Source: Elusimicrobiota bacterium
GTDB lineage: Bacteria; Elusimicrobiota; Endomicrobiia; Endomicrobiales; JBDRNC01
Assembly (NCBI GenBank): GCA_043811535.1
Contig: JBDRNC010000018.1
Span: 64,001-128,000 of the forward strand
Direction of reading: 5' to 3'
Length of the DNA: 64,000 nt
Part shown: positions 48,301 through 57,544 of the stretch, piece by piece
How the letters are laid out: every line of letters begins with the position of its first letter
Numbering within the stretch: the first letter of the stretch is position 1
Translations under genes and position numbers: made by a program
Notes under the pieces: generated by a model
What the model saw: only the letters and a program-made list of their open reading frames with translations
Told to the model about the DNA's origin: nothing
Databases searched by the model: none

Positions 48301-48462
48301 AGATACGGACGGAAAGAACTTACCGAGCGCCAGCAGGTTATCGTGCCACGCCTGAATATCGTCTTCCGCGGCGACGGCGACAATGACCTTCGCTTCCGCG
48401 AGCTTTTCAAGGATGAAGTAGGCCTTGCCCGAACCTGATAAACCGGTGTAGTATTTTATCAT
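45334..48462 (-). CDS. mfd: Transcription-repair coupling factor
   Basis: CarD-like RID (YVVHEKYGVGKY), GDVGYGKTEVA, DEEHRFGV, SAT, QLRGRIGR, TRG motif. Confidence 0.97.
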   Translation of the reverse strand: MIKYYTGLSGSGKAYFILEKLAEAKVIVAVAAEDDIQAWHDNLLALGKFFPSVSIYKYLQYDPFESINTLDRLSAGAFPCVVLATPESFALKTVSPDSLKKNTMVFSLGKTSDYEKTLSALSDNGYQREDFVEDRGHFSRRGEILDIWTPDMDSPVRIVFDVNTVETIRSFDVATQRSDKMLKEIRVLPVHPVRSSTASGAGSDGVLAGPASNGAKARAETALADYLPAGAQVYFDAQPSDETASAAGGREILVNSALGAGPVDAGFRPLGRWAGNFPAFISDLKKFREQNYSLMVFCAHQGEKDRLEEILNDNKWRDELPEMHIGPLAESFYSPSRKLAVFSGQEILYRRRPVSFPKFKAGRRLEGLWEITPNDYVVHEKYGVGKYLGLKKIVRGDQEAEYICVEYRGGDKLYVPVDDFRVVQKYIGIEGCRPRLHSLDTAAWERLKKRAKEGAEKMAAELLRLYAERSKVTGTPYAEETAWEKELADSFPYSETEDQLRAIEEVKADLRRAQPMERLICGDVGYGKTEVAIRAAFKVAVAEKQVAVLVPTTVLAEQHYNTFVNRLAPFPVNVAMMSRFQSKKEQKKTVADIKNGLVDIVIGTHRLIQKDISFKDLGLLIIDEEHRFGVKEKEKIKALKKNIEVLLLSATPIPRTLAFALANLRDLSVIETPPAGRLPIETHLGLYDERVVKKIIQAEISRGGQVFYVYNRVETILSRVAYLKKLMPDVKFGIVHGQLPAAQIEKAMWDFMHRKIDVLVASTIIESGLDIPSANTMVVEEAENFGLAQLYQLRGRIGREKQKAYCYLFYTKSLLKSDAEKRLESLQEFGELGSGFRLSLRDLEIRGAGNILGREQHGFVREIGFELYSRLIEEASKGIKGERPEPEEEFKATMDFSVPALFPPEYMESEELRIIFYRKLAAVASAPEFDAVRDELEDRFGRIPDPAENLFRIAELRVIAEKLKIKGISEKQDHFEVYFSDRIGFTAEKIAALARDFSETLEFIRGEQQGVRLKKEKPAQNAFEYLKRFLLKFKEYVIIPKY
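47820..47890. mobile_element. Short MITE-family copy inserted in frame in mfd
   Basis: Perfect 12-bp TIR CCCCGTTAGAAG/CTTCTAACGGGG; translated as PVRSSTASGAGSDGVLAGPASNG. Confidence 0.75.
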
Positions 48463-48565
48463 AGTAAAGAGATTACAGATTACATATTACATATTACAAA
48501 TTACATATTTAACGACTGATATTCTTTCAATTTGAAATATGCAATTTGGAATTTGTAATTATTAT

Positions 48566-50884
48566 CTATCGCGCGAGTGATCCGGCGCGAAACATCGAAG
48601 CTATTTTCAGCGCGAGCAGCATTATCACCATCCCGGGCAGGCCCCAGGCAGGTATTATCACCGTTCCGCCGATAAGCGCCGCAAGCCACCCGCCCATCAG
48701 GTCGGCCGCGTAAATCTTTCCCGCCTCTGCGTGTTCGCCGGTTTTTTTAATTTCCCCTTCGGCGGGAGCCAGCGCCGGGAACTGAAACCCCAGGAGCGCC
48801 CCCGACCCCGCCGACAGCAGAAATAGTAAATGCCATGGGATTTTCACAAAACTCAGCAGGCAAAACCAGATAATTATCCAAATCACGAACAATATGTCTA
48901 TGATTCTAATAATCTTTTTTGGTGAATTGGTAATTGCTAATTGATAATTGTTAATTGCGGCGTACGCCGCAATACCAGTTCCCGCCATGAAACACGCGCT
49001 CAACAGGCCTATCCAGTAATAGACCGCGCCGTTGAGCACCTGCATACCCCAGATGCTTACCATCTGCATTCCCATCGCCGCCGCGCCGGAAGTGAATGCC
49101 GTGCCGGAGTACCCGCGACGGGTGAAAAGCAGAATCATCGTCAAAATGACGGCTATCCATATGTATTTAGACAACGCGGAATAGAGATTGGCCCGCCCCG
49201 AAGAAAAAATACTTTGACGGTAGATAAGCGACTTGAAGAGCCCGCGCGGAGAAAAATCCCTGTTTACGGGCTGTTTCCCGAAAAATCCGCCCTCGTGTTT
49301 CTTCATTTCATTCAGAAACCATTTTTCTTTCGCCGGGTCCAGCTTATACTTTATGTATTTGGCGGATACAAATAATTTTTCAATTTTTAAATCCTTAAAT
49401 CTTTCAACCGCCGTTGCCGTTCTGGGCGCCGGCGAATTCCCGCAAATAAAAATATTTCTTTCCCCCGGAATGACCCTGACATGTTTGAACGAGCCGTTGA
49501 GACCCGATAATACCGCGGCGTTCATCCCGCCGAGGTACCTGTCGACGTAATTCATCGAGCCGGGCAGACTGATAACGAATATCCCGCCCGGGGCAAGGCG
49601 CCGGTTCACCGAATCAAAGAACTCTAACGTGTAGTACCTGTTTACGGAAAGCGCAGCCGGATAGGGCGCGTCTACGAAAACGGCGTCATAGCTCTTGCCG
49701 GACCCCTCAATATATTTTCTGCCGTCTTCGTAAAATACATTAACCCCTCCCCCTTTCTCCGAAAAGGGGCGCGGCCCCCACGGGGCTTTACTCCCCTCTT
49801 TCCCAAAGAGGGGAGTAGCGGAATTGCGCGAAACGAAGTCTATCAGCCACGGGTTTATCTCCACGTAATCCAGCGATTGTATTCCGTATGCCTGTATAGT
49901 CGTGATATACCTTCCCGTTCCGCCTATTAAAAGGACGCTCTCCGGTTTGGCATGAAAAAGCAGAGGCAGAAAAACGTTGTTTTCCGCGGCCTCTTTATTC
50001 GGCGCGTTGAAAGTTTCGATCGGATTGCCGTCGGAAAAGAAGAACTTCTCGCCGCCGCGCGATACCGCCGCCAGCCGGCCGTACTGCGTGTTCTGCGCCT
50101 CAACCACCTTGTATCCCGCGAATAACCTTGACAGGCTGGTAGTCTCAATTTTATTGCTGAATAACAGCACCGGAATGAAAGCCGCGGCGAAAACCGCAAG
50201 CATTATTTTCTGTTTTTTTTCTTCAATGATGGGTATGACTGCCAAGGAAGATATCTGGAGTATAGCGGTAGCAACAAAGACCGAATTGGCGTTCAGAAGC
50301 AGCGAAAGCGTGTAAACAACTCCGCCCGCGAAGAAGCCGAGCGTTTCCCATAGGTAAATCCTGCCCGATTTAAGGAGCCCTTCGCGTTCCTTGAGCCAGC
50401 CCATGCCTAAACTGAACTGCGCGCCTATCAACGCTCCCGCCGGGATGAATATGGACGCCGAAACCCATAGGAGAAACAGCAAAGGCAATTCAATGCCGGC
50501 TAAGAAACCGAAAATATTCCTTATTTCCCTTATAAAAAACATCGAAAGCATCAAATACGGGCCTGCCGCCAGAAACGTTAAGGCAAGAATCCCTCTGCAT
50601 TCTTCCGTCCCGCGACAGGGGACGTCGGTATTATTATGCTTAAAGTGCTCCGCCCCGCGACAGGGGACGTCGGTATCAGAATTACGCTTAAGGTGCTCCG
50701 CCCCGCGGTTTTTCACAAATTTCGCGGTAAGAATGCTCCCGGCGGCGACGCCCAGCATCCACAGCGAAATCACGAGCCCGATGGACAGTTCGTTGCCGTG
50801 AAAAACGACCTGGATCTCCCGCAGCAGGAACGTCTGCGCGCAAACCGCGATAAACCCGGAAAGGAAAAAGACTGAATTAAACAT
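48566..50884 (-). CDS. Membrane-fused spermidine-synthase-like (class I SAM-dependent fold) protein
   Basis: LLREI..VFHGNELSIG, TQYGRL, VLLIGG, YVEINP, EDGRKYI, YDAVFVD.P, NRYYT.EFF, YAADLMG. Three repeat-derived inserts. Confidence 0.8.
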   Translation of the reverse strand: MFNSVFFLSGFIAVCAQTFLLREIQVVFHGNELSIGLVISLWMLGVAAGSILTAKFVKNRGAEHLKRNSDTDVPCRGAEHFKHNNTDVPCRGTEECRGILALTFLAAGPYLMLSMFFIREIRNIFGFLAGIELPLLFLLWVSASIFIPAGALIGAQFSLGMGWLKEREGLLKSGRIYLWETLGFFAGGVVYTLSLLLNANSVFVATAILQISSLAVIPIIEEKKQKIMLAVFAAAFIPVLLFSNKIETTSLSRLFAGYKVVEAQNTQYGRLAAVSRGGEKFFFSDGNPIETFNAPNKEAAENNVFLPLLFHAKPESVLLIGGTGRYITTIQAYGIQSLDYVEINPWLIDFVSRNSATPLFGKEGSKAPWGPRPFSEKGGGVNVFYEDGRKYIEGSGKSYDAVFVDAPYPAALSVNRYYTLEFFDSVNRRLAPGGIFVISLPGSMNYVDRYLGGMNAAVLSGLNGSFKHVRVIPGERNIFICGNSPAPRTATAVERFKDLKIEKLFVSAKYIKYKLDPAKEKWFLNEMKKHEGGFFGKQPVNRDFSPRGLFKSLIYRQSIFSSGRANLYSALSKYIWIAVILTMILLFTRRGYSGTAFTSGAAAMGMQMVSIWGMQVLNGAVYYWIGLLSACFMAGTGIAAYAAINNYQLAITNSPKKIIRIIDILFVIWIIIWFCLLSFVKIPWHLLFLLSAGSGALLGFQFPALAPAEGEIKKTGEHAEAGKIYAADLMGGWLAALIGGTVIIPAWGLPGMVIMLLALKIASMFRAGSLAR

Positions 50885-50945
50885 TTAGGAGTATTATACT
50901 AAATAAATTGAGGTGTGACGGATTGTGACTGACGGCTGGCAGCAG

Positions 50946-51521
50946 CTAAATATCTTTATGCCATAACAGCATCGTTTCGCGCCCGACTTTCGGATGGCCC
51001 CAGTATCCAAGGGTATTGATTTGCGCTAATTTACAGCCTTGTTTTTTATAAAATCTGCAGGCCGCCACGTTATTCGTCTGCGTTTCTATCCTGAGTTGTT
51101 TGAGTTTTTCCTTTCTTAGCCAAGATATCACTTTTCCAAACAGAGCTCTGCCTATCCCGGAGCGCCGGTATTCGGGAGCAATACGCAAATCCCATAACAC
51201 GGCTATGTCATTCCTGTCCGCCAGCATATGGACCTTGGGCGTCTTGCAGGCAATTGCCGCCGCGCCCGCGTACTTGTTATCCTTAACGGCAAAGAACAAC
51301 CGCCAGTTTCTTGTATTGAAACGCTTCATCCACGTACGCGGGCCGCCGAATGAATCGTAATTCTTCTTTCCGCGGCTTGTTCTTGATTCAAACAGCCTTA
51401 TCCCGCCGAGGCCGGAGTCAACCAGCCGGCATTTCAGCTCTGATTTAATATCAAACGCGATCGGAATCTTTGAATAATCGCGGATATTCTTTCTAGTGAC
51501 CTTCTCAACCAATATTTTCAT
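50946..51521 (-). CDS. GNAT acetyltransferase (streptothricin acetyltransferase-like)
   Basis: LWDLRIAPEYRRSGIG, IETQTNNVAACRFY.KQG. Confidence 0.8.
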   Translation of the reverse strand: MKILVEKVTRKNIRDYSKIPIAFDIKSELKCRLVDSGLGGIRLFESRTSRGKKNYDSFGGPRTWMKRFNTRNWRLFFAVKDNKYAGAAAIACKTPKVHMLADRNDIAVLWDLRIAPEYRRSGIGRALFGKVISWLRKEKLKQLRIETQTNNVAACRFYKKQGCKLAQINTLGYWGHPKVGRETMLLWHKDI

Positions 51522-51531
51522 GTATTGTCCG

Positions 51532-53862
51532 TCACTTGCCGCTATTCACTGCCGCTTTGTCTATCTTCGCTTTCAATTCGTCCAGGATAATCCGCGGCTC
51601 ATTGTTTTCCCCGGCCGTAAACGGGTCGGACAGCAGGTCCGATTCCAGTTCCGACATCAGCGCGAGCATCATGGCGTTATGCGGCTTCCAGTACTCCTCC
51701 GAACACCATTCCGTCAGCCATACCGGTTTATTCCCGTCCTTCGGCGAAACGAATCCGTTTGGGATGCCTCCGAGCACCGGCCCTTTGCCGATATCCGCCA
51801 TCATCACATGCGGGTTTGTCGTGCCTTTCCCGCTGACCATGCAGAAGCCCGAAGGATTCGCGCCCAGCACCCAGCCAATCTGGTCCGCCGCGATCCTGGC
51901 GAATTCGGGGTTGCCGGTAAACCGGGCGTAGCGCAGAGCTATCAATCCGTATGACATGGTATCGCAGTTGAACCCGTGGTCCGTCATCGGGCATCTCGGA
52001 GACGCGAAATAATAAAGCTTCATGTCCGTTTGCGCGCCTTCAGGCGGCTCAAGCGCCTGCGCCGCCTTGCCGAAAGGATTGAGTTCCGCCGCCTGCCTGA
52101 TAAATCCGTGTGCAAAATAATCCATGGCGAAACGTATCCTTGTTCTAAGCGCATCGTCATCTTTCAGCGCTTCCGCCAGTTCCATCAGGCCGAGATAGAC
52201 GCCTATGGAATGGACGAATTTATACTGGTAAGTGAAATCGGATTTATCGGGTTTCCAGAAGAACATCCCGAAAATCTGTTCCTGGCTGCGTTTGTAATCA
52301 AGGAATTGCGTCGGAAGTATTTTTTCCGCTGCCGCTTTGGCGGTTTCCAGATACTTCGCGTCTCCCGTAACTCCGTAAAGCCGCGTGCTCGCCCACAGGT
52401 ACATGCCCAGATACTGGATGCCGTCAAGGTTCTGGCGGCCGAGGTACTCCCACGCCTTCACGGCGGCGTCAAGCGATTCTTTCGCCAGTTCCGGGTCCTT
52501 TTTTTCCAACGCCCTGTAAACCTCGGCCATGGTCACCGCATACGCCCCCTCAACTTCGGGGGCGTATATATCCATTAAGTAACAATCATCGGTGTCCTGC
52601 TCCGGGGTGATATCTTCTAACCAGCAGTCCTTGCGCTTGCTTTTTACGGCAAAATAGACATGTCCGCTCGCGGGATTCTGCATGTCAATACAGAAACGCG
52701 CGGCGTATTTTATCTCGTCAATAGGGTCAAAACCCTTGGCTGGAATTTCGCCTGACAGCAGGTTCTGCCAGCGCGCCATGGCCCATACCCAGGTCGGCGT
52801 GGTGCTCATCCACCTTTCAATATCCAGTTCCGTGTCGTAATACCCGCCGGGCACGGGGTTGGAATGCTTGGGCTTCTTGGGATAGCGCGTGAATTTTATG
52901 TAGTGGAACTGCGATTTGCTCAATTCCCCCGCGATAACGTTCTTTTTAATCTCGAACGGATACGATTCCGCTTCCATCGGCTTGTCTCCCGAAGGCAAAA
53001 CGGCCTTTAAAACATAGCGCCCGGGCTGTTCAAGTTTGTCAAACGAGACGATCCAGTATTGCCCCGGCCACAGTTCGGAGTTTTTAAATTTCCGCGCTTT
53101 TCCGGATTCAATCACCTTGCGTCCGGGCAATGAGAGGATGCTGTACTCCATCGGCGCGTCAACTTCCGCTTCGCTGTTATTCAGCTGGATGACCGCCCGC
53201 TTGTTCATCCCGGGGTCAAAACCTATCTGGTTCATCAGTATCTGAATATGGGAATTGGCGCCTATCTGCTCCAAACCGGCAAGTTCTATCCATCCATTGC
53301 CGCCGTGGCGCGTGTTGTAGGAATTTGCGACGGCTATATCCAACTTGAAAGGAGGTTCGGGCGTCTTGTTGGAGCCGCCGTAGTTATAGACCAGTTCTTT
53401 CATGTCAATTGTCTCTTTGCGCCACCCGGATGTTTTCGCGCCCGAATGGAATGCCCGCATGAAGACCCCGCCGTCAGCGTCGCCGAATTTAAGGTCAAAC
53501 TTATTCGGCATCCCCTTGCCGCGTATCCAGAAGCTGATTCTTCCCGCTTTGGAGATATCAACGGCGGCCGGCTTCACGAACCATACCCACGCGCCGTTCG
53601 GAGCGTCAACAGGCAGTTCGTATTCCACGCGCAAAGCGTCCCCGTGAGGGCTTGGCACGACTGACAGGGAGGCCTTGCTCCGGTCATCCGCCGATCCGCT
53701 GCTCCAGCCACTCAAGCTCTCAAACGCTTTAACAGGGACGGTAGTCAGCTCGCTGGTAGGCCCCCAGCCTTGTTTTGTATCGCAGAATTTCCCACCGCCG
53801 TACGCCGTGACAGCCAATCCCGCGGCCAGCGCAAACATCAACTGAATGAATTTGATTTTCAT
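51532..53862 (-). CDS. Secreted CBM11-like + Ig-like + GH9-like (alpha/alpha)6 glycoside hydrolase
   Basis: NQIGF...KRAVI, VSFD.L..PG.Y, GGYYD, WVLGANP.G.CMVSG.G, GGIPNG. RBS AGGAG before ATG 53862. Confidence 0.7.
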   Translation of the reverse strand: MKIKFIQLMFALAAGLAVTAYGGGKFCDTKQGWGPTSELTTVPVKAFESLSGWSSGSADDRSKASLSVVPSPHGDALRVEYELPVDAPNGAWVWFVKPAAVDISKAGRISFWIRGKGMPNKFDLKFGDADGGVFMRAFHSGAKTSGWRKETIDMKELVYNYGGSNKTPEPPFKLDIAVANSYNTRHGGNGWIELAGLEQIGANSHIQILMNQIGFDPGMNKRAVIQLNNSEAEVDAPMEYSILSLPGRKVIESGKARKFKNSELWPGQYWIVSFDKLEQPGRYVLKAVLPSGDKPMEAESYPFEIKKNVIAGELSKSQFHYIKFTRYPKKPKHSNPVPGGYYDTELDIERWMSTTPTWVWAMARWQNLLSGEIPAKGFDPIDEIKYAARFCIDMQNPASGHVYFAVKSKRKDCWLEDITPEQDTDDCYLMDIYAPEVEGAYAVTMAEVYRALEKKDPELAKESLDAAVKAWEYLGRQNLDGIQYLGMYLWASTRLYGVTGDAKYLETAKAAAEKILPTQFLDYKRSQEQIFGMFFWKPDKSDFTYQYKFVHSIGVYLGLMELAEALKDDDALRTRIRFAMDYFAHGFIRQAAELNPFGKAAQALEPPEGAQTDMKLYYFASPRCPMTDHGFNCDTMSYGLIALRYARFTGNPEFARIAADQIGWVLGANPSGFCMVSGKGTTNPHVMMADIGKGPVLGGIPNGFVSPKDGNKPVWLTEWCSEEYWKPHNAMMLALMSELESDLLSDPFTAGENNEPRIILDELKAKIDKAAVNSGK

Positions 53863-53928
53863 AGTTCTCCTTCTCAGTTCGCAAGCCGTACCCCGCTTAC
53901 TGTTAACTGTTTTTATTTGCAAGATAAT

Positions 53929-54129
53929 GGGGATGGTTCTAATGAACCTCCGCCCAGTCCGCCGCGGCGGAGGCGGTATCAGACGTACCCCTCTTTTTCA
54001 AAGAGGGGTTAGGGGAGATTTTATTACCGGCAAAATCCCCCTGTTTCCCCCTTTGCAAAGGGGGACTATCAGTGACCGCCCAGCAAGCTGGGCGGAATAG
54101 TCAAGTTTAATTAAACAGAACCGTCCCCT
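53929..54129. repeat. Nested palindromes: GGGGAYGGTTCT...AGAACCGTCCCC outer pair enclosing CCCCTCTTT..AAAGAGGGG and CCCCCTTT..AAAGGGGG hairpins
   Basis: Outer arms match the 60626, 61847 and 63361 hairpins; inner hairpins match 49744-49817. Confidence 0.65.
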
Positions 54130-54145
54130 ATGACCGCCGCTTTTT

Positions 54146-55792
54146 TTACTGCCAATTCCCGGATTTGAAGTAATCCCACAATTCATCGTTCGCGTATTCC
54201 GGGTCCGGAAGGCCAACATCGTTCCTAAACAACCCGAATGAAGACTCGTGATAAGCATGGTAGGTGAAACTTAAGCCGTATTTCTTGGACAGCTCCACCA
54301 TATCGCGCACCCAGTTGATGCCGCCCCTGCCATTTTCAAAACAAGGTCTGTGAGCCCCGAATTCCCCCATATACAGCGGAACATTGTTGTCTATCCCCCA
54401 TTGAACGCAGGTTTTCATCCTGTGCTCAAGATAGTCCTTGTTCCTGCGCATCAGTTTCCCGGACGGGCTGCTTTCCGTGCCTATTCTTAAGGAACAACGC
54501 GCCCCGGCAGGGACGCCGGCTCCCTTCATCCACCCGCTGATGGAATAATAGTATCCGTTTTTCATTTCAAAACGCAAGTCGTCGTTATAACACATCGCGT
54601 CGCCGGCGCCTCCTGTTATCTTAAGCGAAGCGTTGTCGCTGTGCCCGTCGGTTTTGGTTAACTCTACCGCGGCGGTATTTAGCCCGCTCCATATAGTCCA
54701 GAAAGTTTTTGAATTGACGCCGCTTTCCCTTACTGTCCTGATGAATTTTCCGTCAGGCCCGTATTCATTAACGGTGATATCGTCAAAATAGACCGCGCCG
54801 GTGTTATTGATAGTTTGCAGCGCGGGCTTGCCGGCCAGCAAATAAGGATCCGTGACATGATACTTTTCCCCTTCATAATACGTCCATGCTGAATTCCCTT
54901 CAGGCACCGCAGGATTCTCGGACACTATGCCGTATTGAATACCGGCTATATCCCTGTCCGGCGCAATTATCCTGTCAGGATCGGGATATTTTCCGCCTTC
55001 CTTGCCGCCCGTCCCCGCCCAGGAACATAACTGGTGCGTGTATTCCAGCGGATGATAAAAATGGAAAGTGTATAATATACCGGGGTCGTTCACCAGGAAG
55101 AATTTATTGGTAAACCACATCCTCCAATCCCCGCCTTTTACCATCATAAGCTGTTCCACGATTATAAGGTGGTTCTTGTCCGCGGTACGTATGGTCGAAA
55201 CGAGTTCTCCGGCCAGCGTCTTCCATTGGTCGATGGATTTTGAGACATACGGCTCATTGACAAGTTCCAACCCCGCGATGACAGGCTCGTTTTTGTATCT
55301 TTCCGCTATCGCTTTCCACAGCGCTTTTAAACGTTTCTGGTTTTCAGGCACATCCCAAAGCGCCATGCCCTCGCCGGCGGATTGATACCCGCCCTGCGGA
55401 ATGGTCATGCTCAGAATAAGATATATACCGTTTTTCTTCGCCCAAGCGACGTTTTTGTCCAGCCAGTCCCACGCGCTTTGCCTGTAAGCGTACGGCTTGC
55501 CGTCATCTTCAAACAACTGGTAGTCCATGCAGAACCTGACGACGTTCATGCGCATTTCCCGCAGGCGCCGGAAGTCTGTTTCCGAGTGATGATTTGCATC
55601 CGGGACCGGGCCGTCTTCCCACACTTTATTTCCGAAATTAAAGCCGCGAAGTATAATGGTTTTGTCGCTTTTCCCGACAACCAGATTCCTCCCGCTCCTG
55701 CGGATGAAATCCTTCGGGTCCGGTTGGACGCACAGGCCTTGAACGGCGGAAAACAGAAGAAAAATAAGGACGGCATAGATAGGCTTTTTCAC
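54146..55792 (-). CDS. Secreted GH5 (cellulase superfamily) enzyme with an inserted carbohydrate-binding-like domain
   Basis: NVVRF, LELVNEP (acid/base), FHFYHP, PLYMGEFG (nucleophile). Confidence 0.88.
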   Translation of the reverse strand: MKKPIYAVLIFLLFSAVQGLCVQPDPKDFIRRSGRNLVVGKSDKTIILRGFNFGNKVWEDGPVPDANHHSETDFRRLREMRMNVVRFCMDYQLFEDDGKPYAYRQSAWDWLDKNVAWAKKNGIYLILSMTIPQGGYQSAGEGMALWDVPENQKRLKALWKAIAERYKNEPVIAGLELVNEPYVSKSIDQWKTLAGELVSTIRTADKNHLIIVEQLMMVKGGDWRMWFTNKFFLVNDPGILYTFHFYHPLEYTHQLCSWAGTGGKEGGKYPDPDRIIAPDRDIAGIQYGIVSENPAVPEGNSAWTYYEGEKYHVTDPYLLAGKPALQTINNTGAVYFDDITVNEYGPDGKFIRTVRESGVNSKTFWTIWSGLNTAAVELTKTDGHSDNASLKITGGAGDAMCYNDDLRFEMKNGYYYSISGWMKGAGVPAGARCSLRIGTESSPSGKLMRRNKDYLEHRMKTCVQWGIDNNVPLYMGEFGAHRPCFENGRGGINWVRDMVELSKKYGLSFTYHAYHESSFGLFRNDVGLPDPEYANDELWDYFKSGNWQ

Positions 55793-55911
55793 AAGTTTCT
55801 GGTTGGTGTTTTCCGTTATCGTTTCAAGACGACCAACATTAATGCAATTAAATCGAAGTGCCCGTCAGGGTATACTATTCACCAATCCCTAGTCATTAGT
55901 CCCTGCCATTA

Positions 55912-56072
55912 CTATCTGTACAGCAGTTCCAACGCCTTATAGACCAGCATCGCGGGCCAGAAAAGGGCTTGACGATACCAAGCAACCCCATCCAGAACGA
56001 TGACGCGTGCTGGATGTAATAAACCGCCGCGCCGAGAAATCCCATACCGTAAAAAGGCATTGAATGCTTCAC
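55912..56072 (-). pseudogene. Frameshifted paralog of the 53-aa membrane protein at 59381-59542
   Basis: 161 bp versus 162 bp. Reads MKHSMPFYGMGFLGAAVYYIQHASSFWMGLLGIVK, then a 1-bp deletion near 55967, resuming LFWPAMLVYKALELLYR*. Could be a sequencing error. Confidence 0.75.
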
Positions 56073-56075
56073 GTT

Positions 56076-56127
56076 GAACTCCTTAGCGTTAGAATAAACT
56101 GCCGTATGTGAAATCCGCCGTGGCGGA
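56076..56127. repeat. Dif-like/hairpin unit (CGTTAGAATAA-ACTGCC-GTATGTGAAAT + TCCGCCGTGGCGGA)
   Basis: Same family as the units at 17028, 17104 and 59568. Confidence 0.65.
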
Positions 56128-56222
56128 AACTCACCTCTCTATTAATTAGGAGTACCCGCCAGGATATAACCGCTCCTTTGAAACCGTGATCCCACCCCGT
56201 AGGTTGGATACTCTTGGTTCAG

Positions 56223-57458
56223 TTATTTTGAATGCGGAACATCCGCCGAAGGCAACTCGACCGTGAAGACCGCTCCCTTGTCGTACTCACTCCGCGCGTG
56301 GATCATGCCTCCGTGCTGGCGGACGATCTTGTAAGACAGACTCAAACCGAGACCCGTGCCCTCGGCATAAGTGGTAAAGAAAGGTTCGAACAACCGGTCA
56401 ATCTCGCCCTTCTTGATGCCCGGCCCGTTATCCGATATCTCTATAATGACAGTTTTTCTCTTGTACGAGGTGCTTATCCTGATCTCTTTCGCCCTGTTCT
56501 CGCGCTGCGACACAAGAGCGTGGCGCGCGTTCTCTAGTATGTTTATTAAAACCTGCTCAAGCGACTGGGCGTTTCCCGAAACAGCCGGCATATCTGGCCC
56601 GAGATCCTTTCTGACGCTTATATTATCGAAGACAAGCTGTTCTCCGGTAAGCGAAAGGGCCGATTCCACAACGTCGTTGACGTTCAGCAACAACCGCTCG
56701 GGCGCTTCGCCCAATCTGACGTAATCCATTATATTCTTAATTATGCGCGAGGTCTTTTCTGAAGCCGAGACAATATTTTCCCACAGTTTCTGCCGTTCCG
56801 CTTCGTCATGTTCCTTTCGCAGTTCGCCCGAGTATCCAAGGAGGACGCACAAGGGGTTCCTTATCTCGTGCAGGACCGCGGCAAGCATTTCGCCGAGTGC
56901 GGATAAGCGTTCCATGTGCGCGACCTGTTTTTCCGCGGCCCGCCGTTCCGCGTCAGAGTAATATAGGAATATGAATGAAATGATGAAAAAGAACGGGATA
57001 CGCAGAAGGAGCACGGTATTATTCAAAGAAATCTCGCCGCCCCTCAGCGACACCAGAGCGCCGTATACGACTACGACCACTATCGTCATCACGAACGCGT
57101 GCCCGATGCTGTTCCTTCCGCCGGCCATGAAGATCATTAAAAAATAAACCAGATAAAGGTCCGAATCGATGCCATGGCTGAAATAGATAAGTAAGGATAT
57201 CAGGACTAAGTCCAGCATGAAAAGCGATATGCGGAACCAGCGCAGAGAGAAATAGCGCCGGTCAATGAAGATGAAAGCCACATTCGACAGCGCGTATAGC
57301 GAAAAAATAAGTATCAACGGTTTCAAACTGTACACCTTATTGGCGTCAAAGCCATACATAACAAGAAAAGCGCAAACGATGATAACCAGGAAACGGAGGG
57401 TTATCAGCACACTCTTATCATTCAGCGCAAATGCCTTTTTAGTCAATGGACTATTCAT
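56223..57458 (-). CDS. Membrane sensor histidine kinase
   Basis: 5-6 TM helices, HEIRNPL, NILENA, DNGPGI, FEPFFTT, GTGLGL. Confidence 0.92.
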   Translation of the reverse strand: MNSPLTKKAFALNDKSVLITLRFLVIIVCAFLVMYGFDANKVYSLKPLILIFSLYALSNVAFIFIDRRYFSLRWFRISLFMLDLVLISLLIYFSHGIDSDLYLVYFLMIFMAGGRNSIGHAFVMTIVVVVVYGALVSLRGGEISLNNTVLLLRIPFFFIISFIFLYYSDAERRAAEKQVAHMERLSALGEMLAAVLHEIRNPLCVLLGYSGELRKEHDEAERQKLWENIVSASEKTSRIIKNIMDYVRLGEAPERLLLNVNDVVESALSLTGEQLVFDNISVRKDLGPDMPAVSGNAQSLEQVLINILENARHALVSQRENRAKEIRISTSYKRKTVIIEISDNGPGIKKGEIDRLFEPFFTTYAEGTGLGLSLSYKIVRQHGGMIHARSEYDKGAVFTVELPSADVPHSK

Positions 57459-57544
57459 AGTTTTTTGGCGTTTAGCGTACGGCGTATCACCTTAAGAGGT
57501 CGTCTTCTGTTTCCCGCTTCCTGCTCCCTGCTTCCTTCTTCCGT

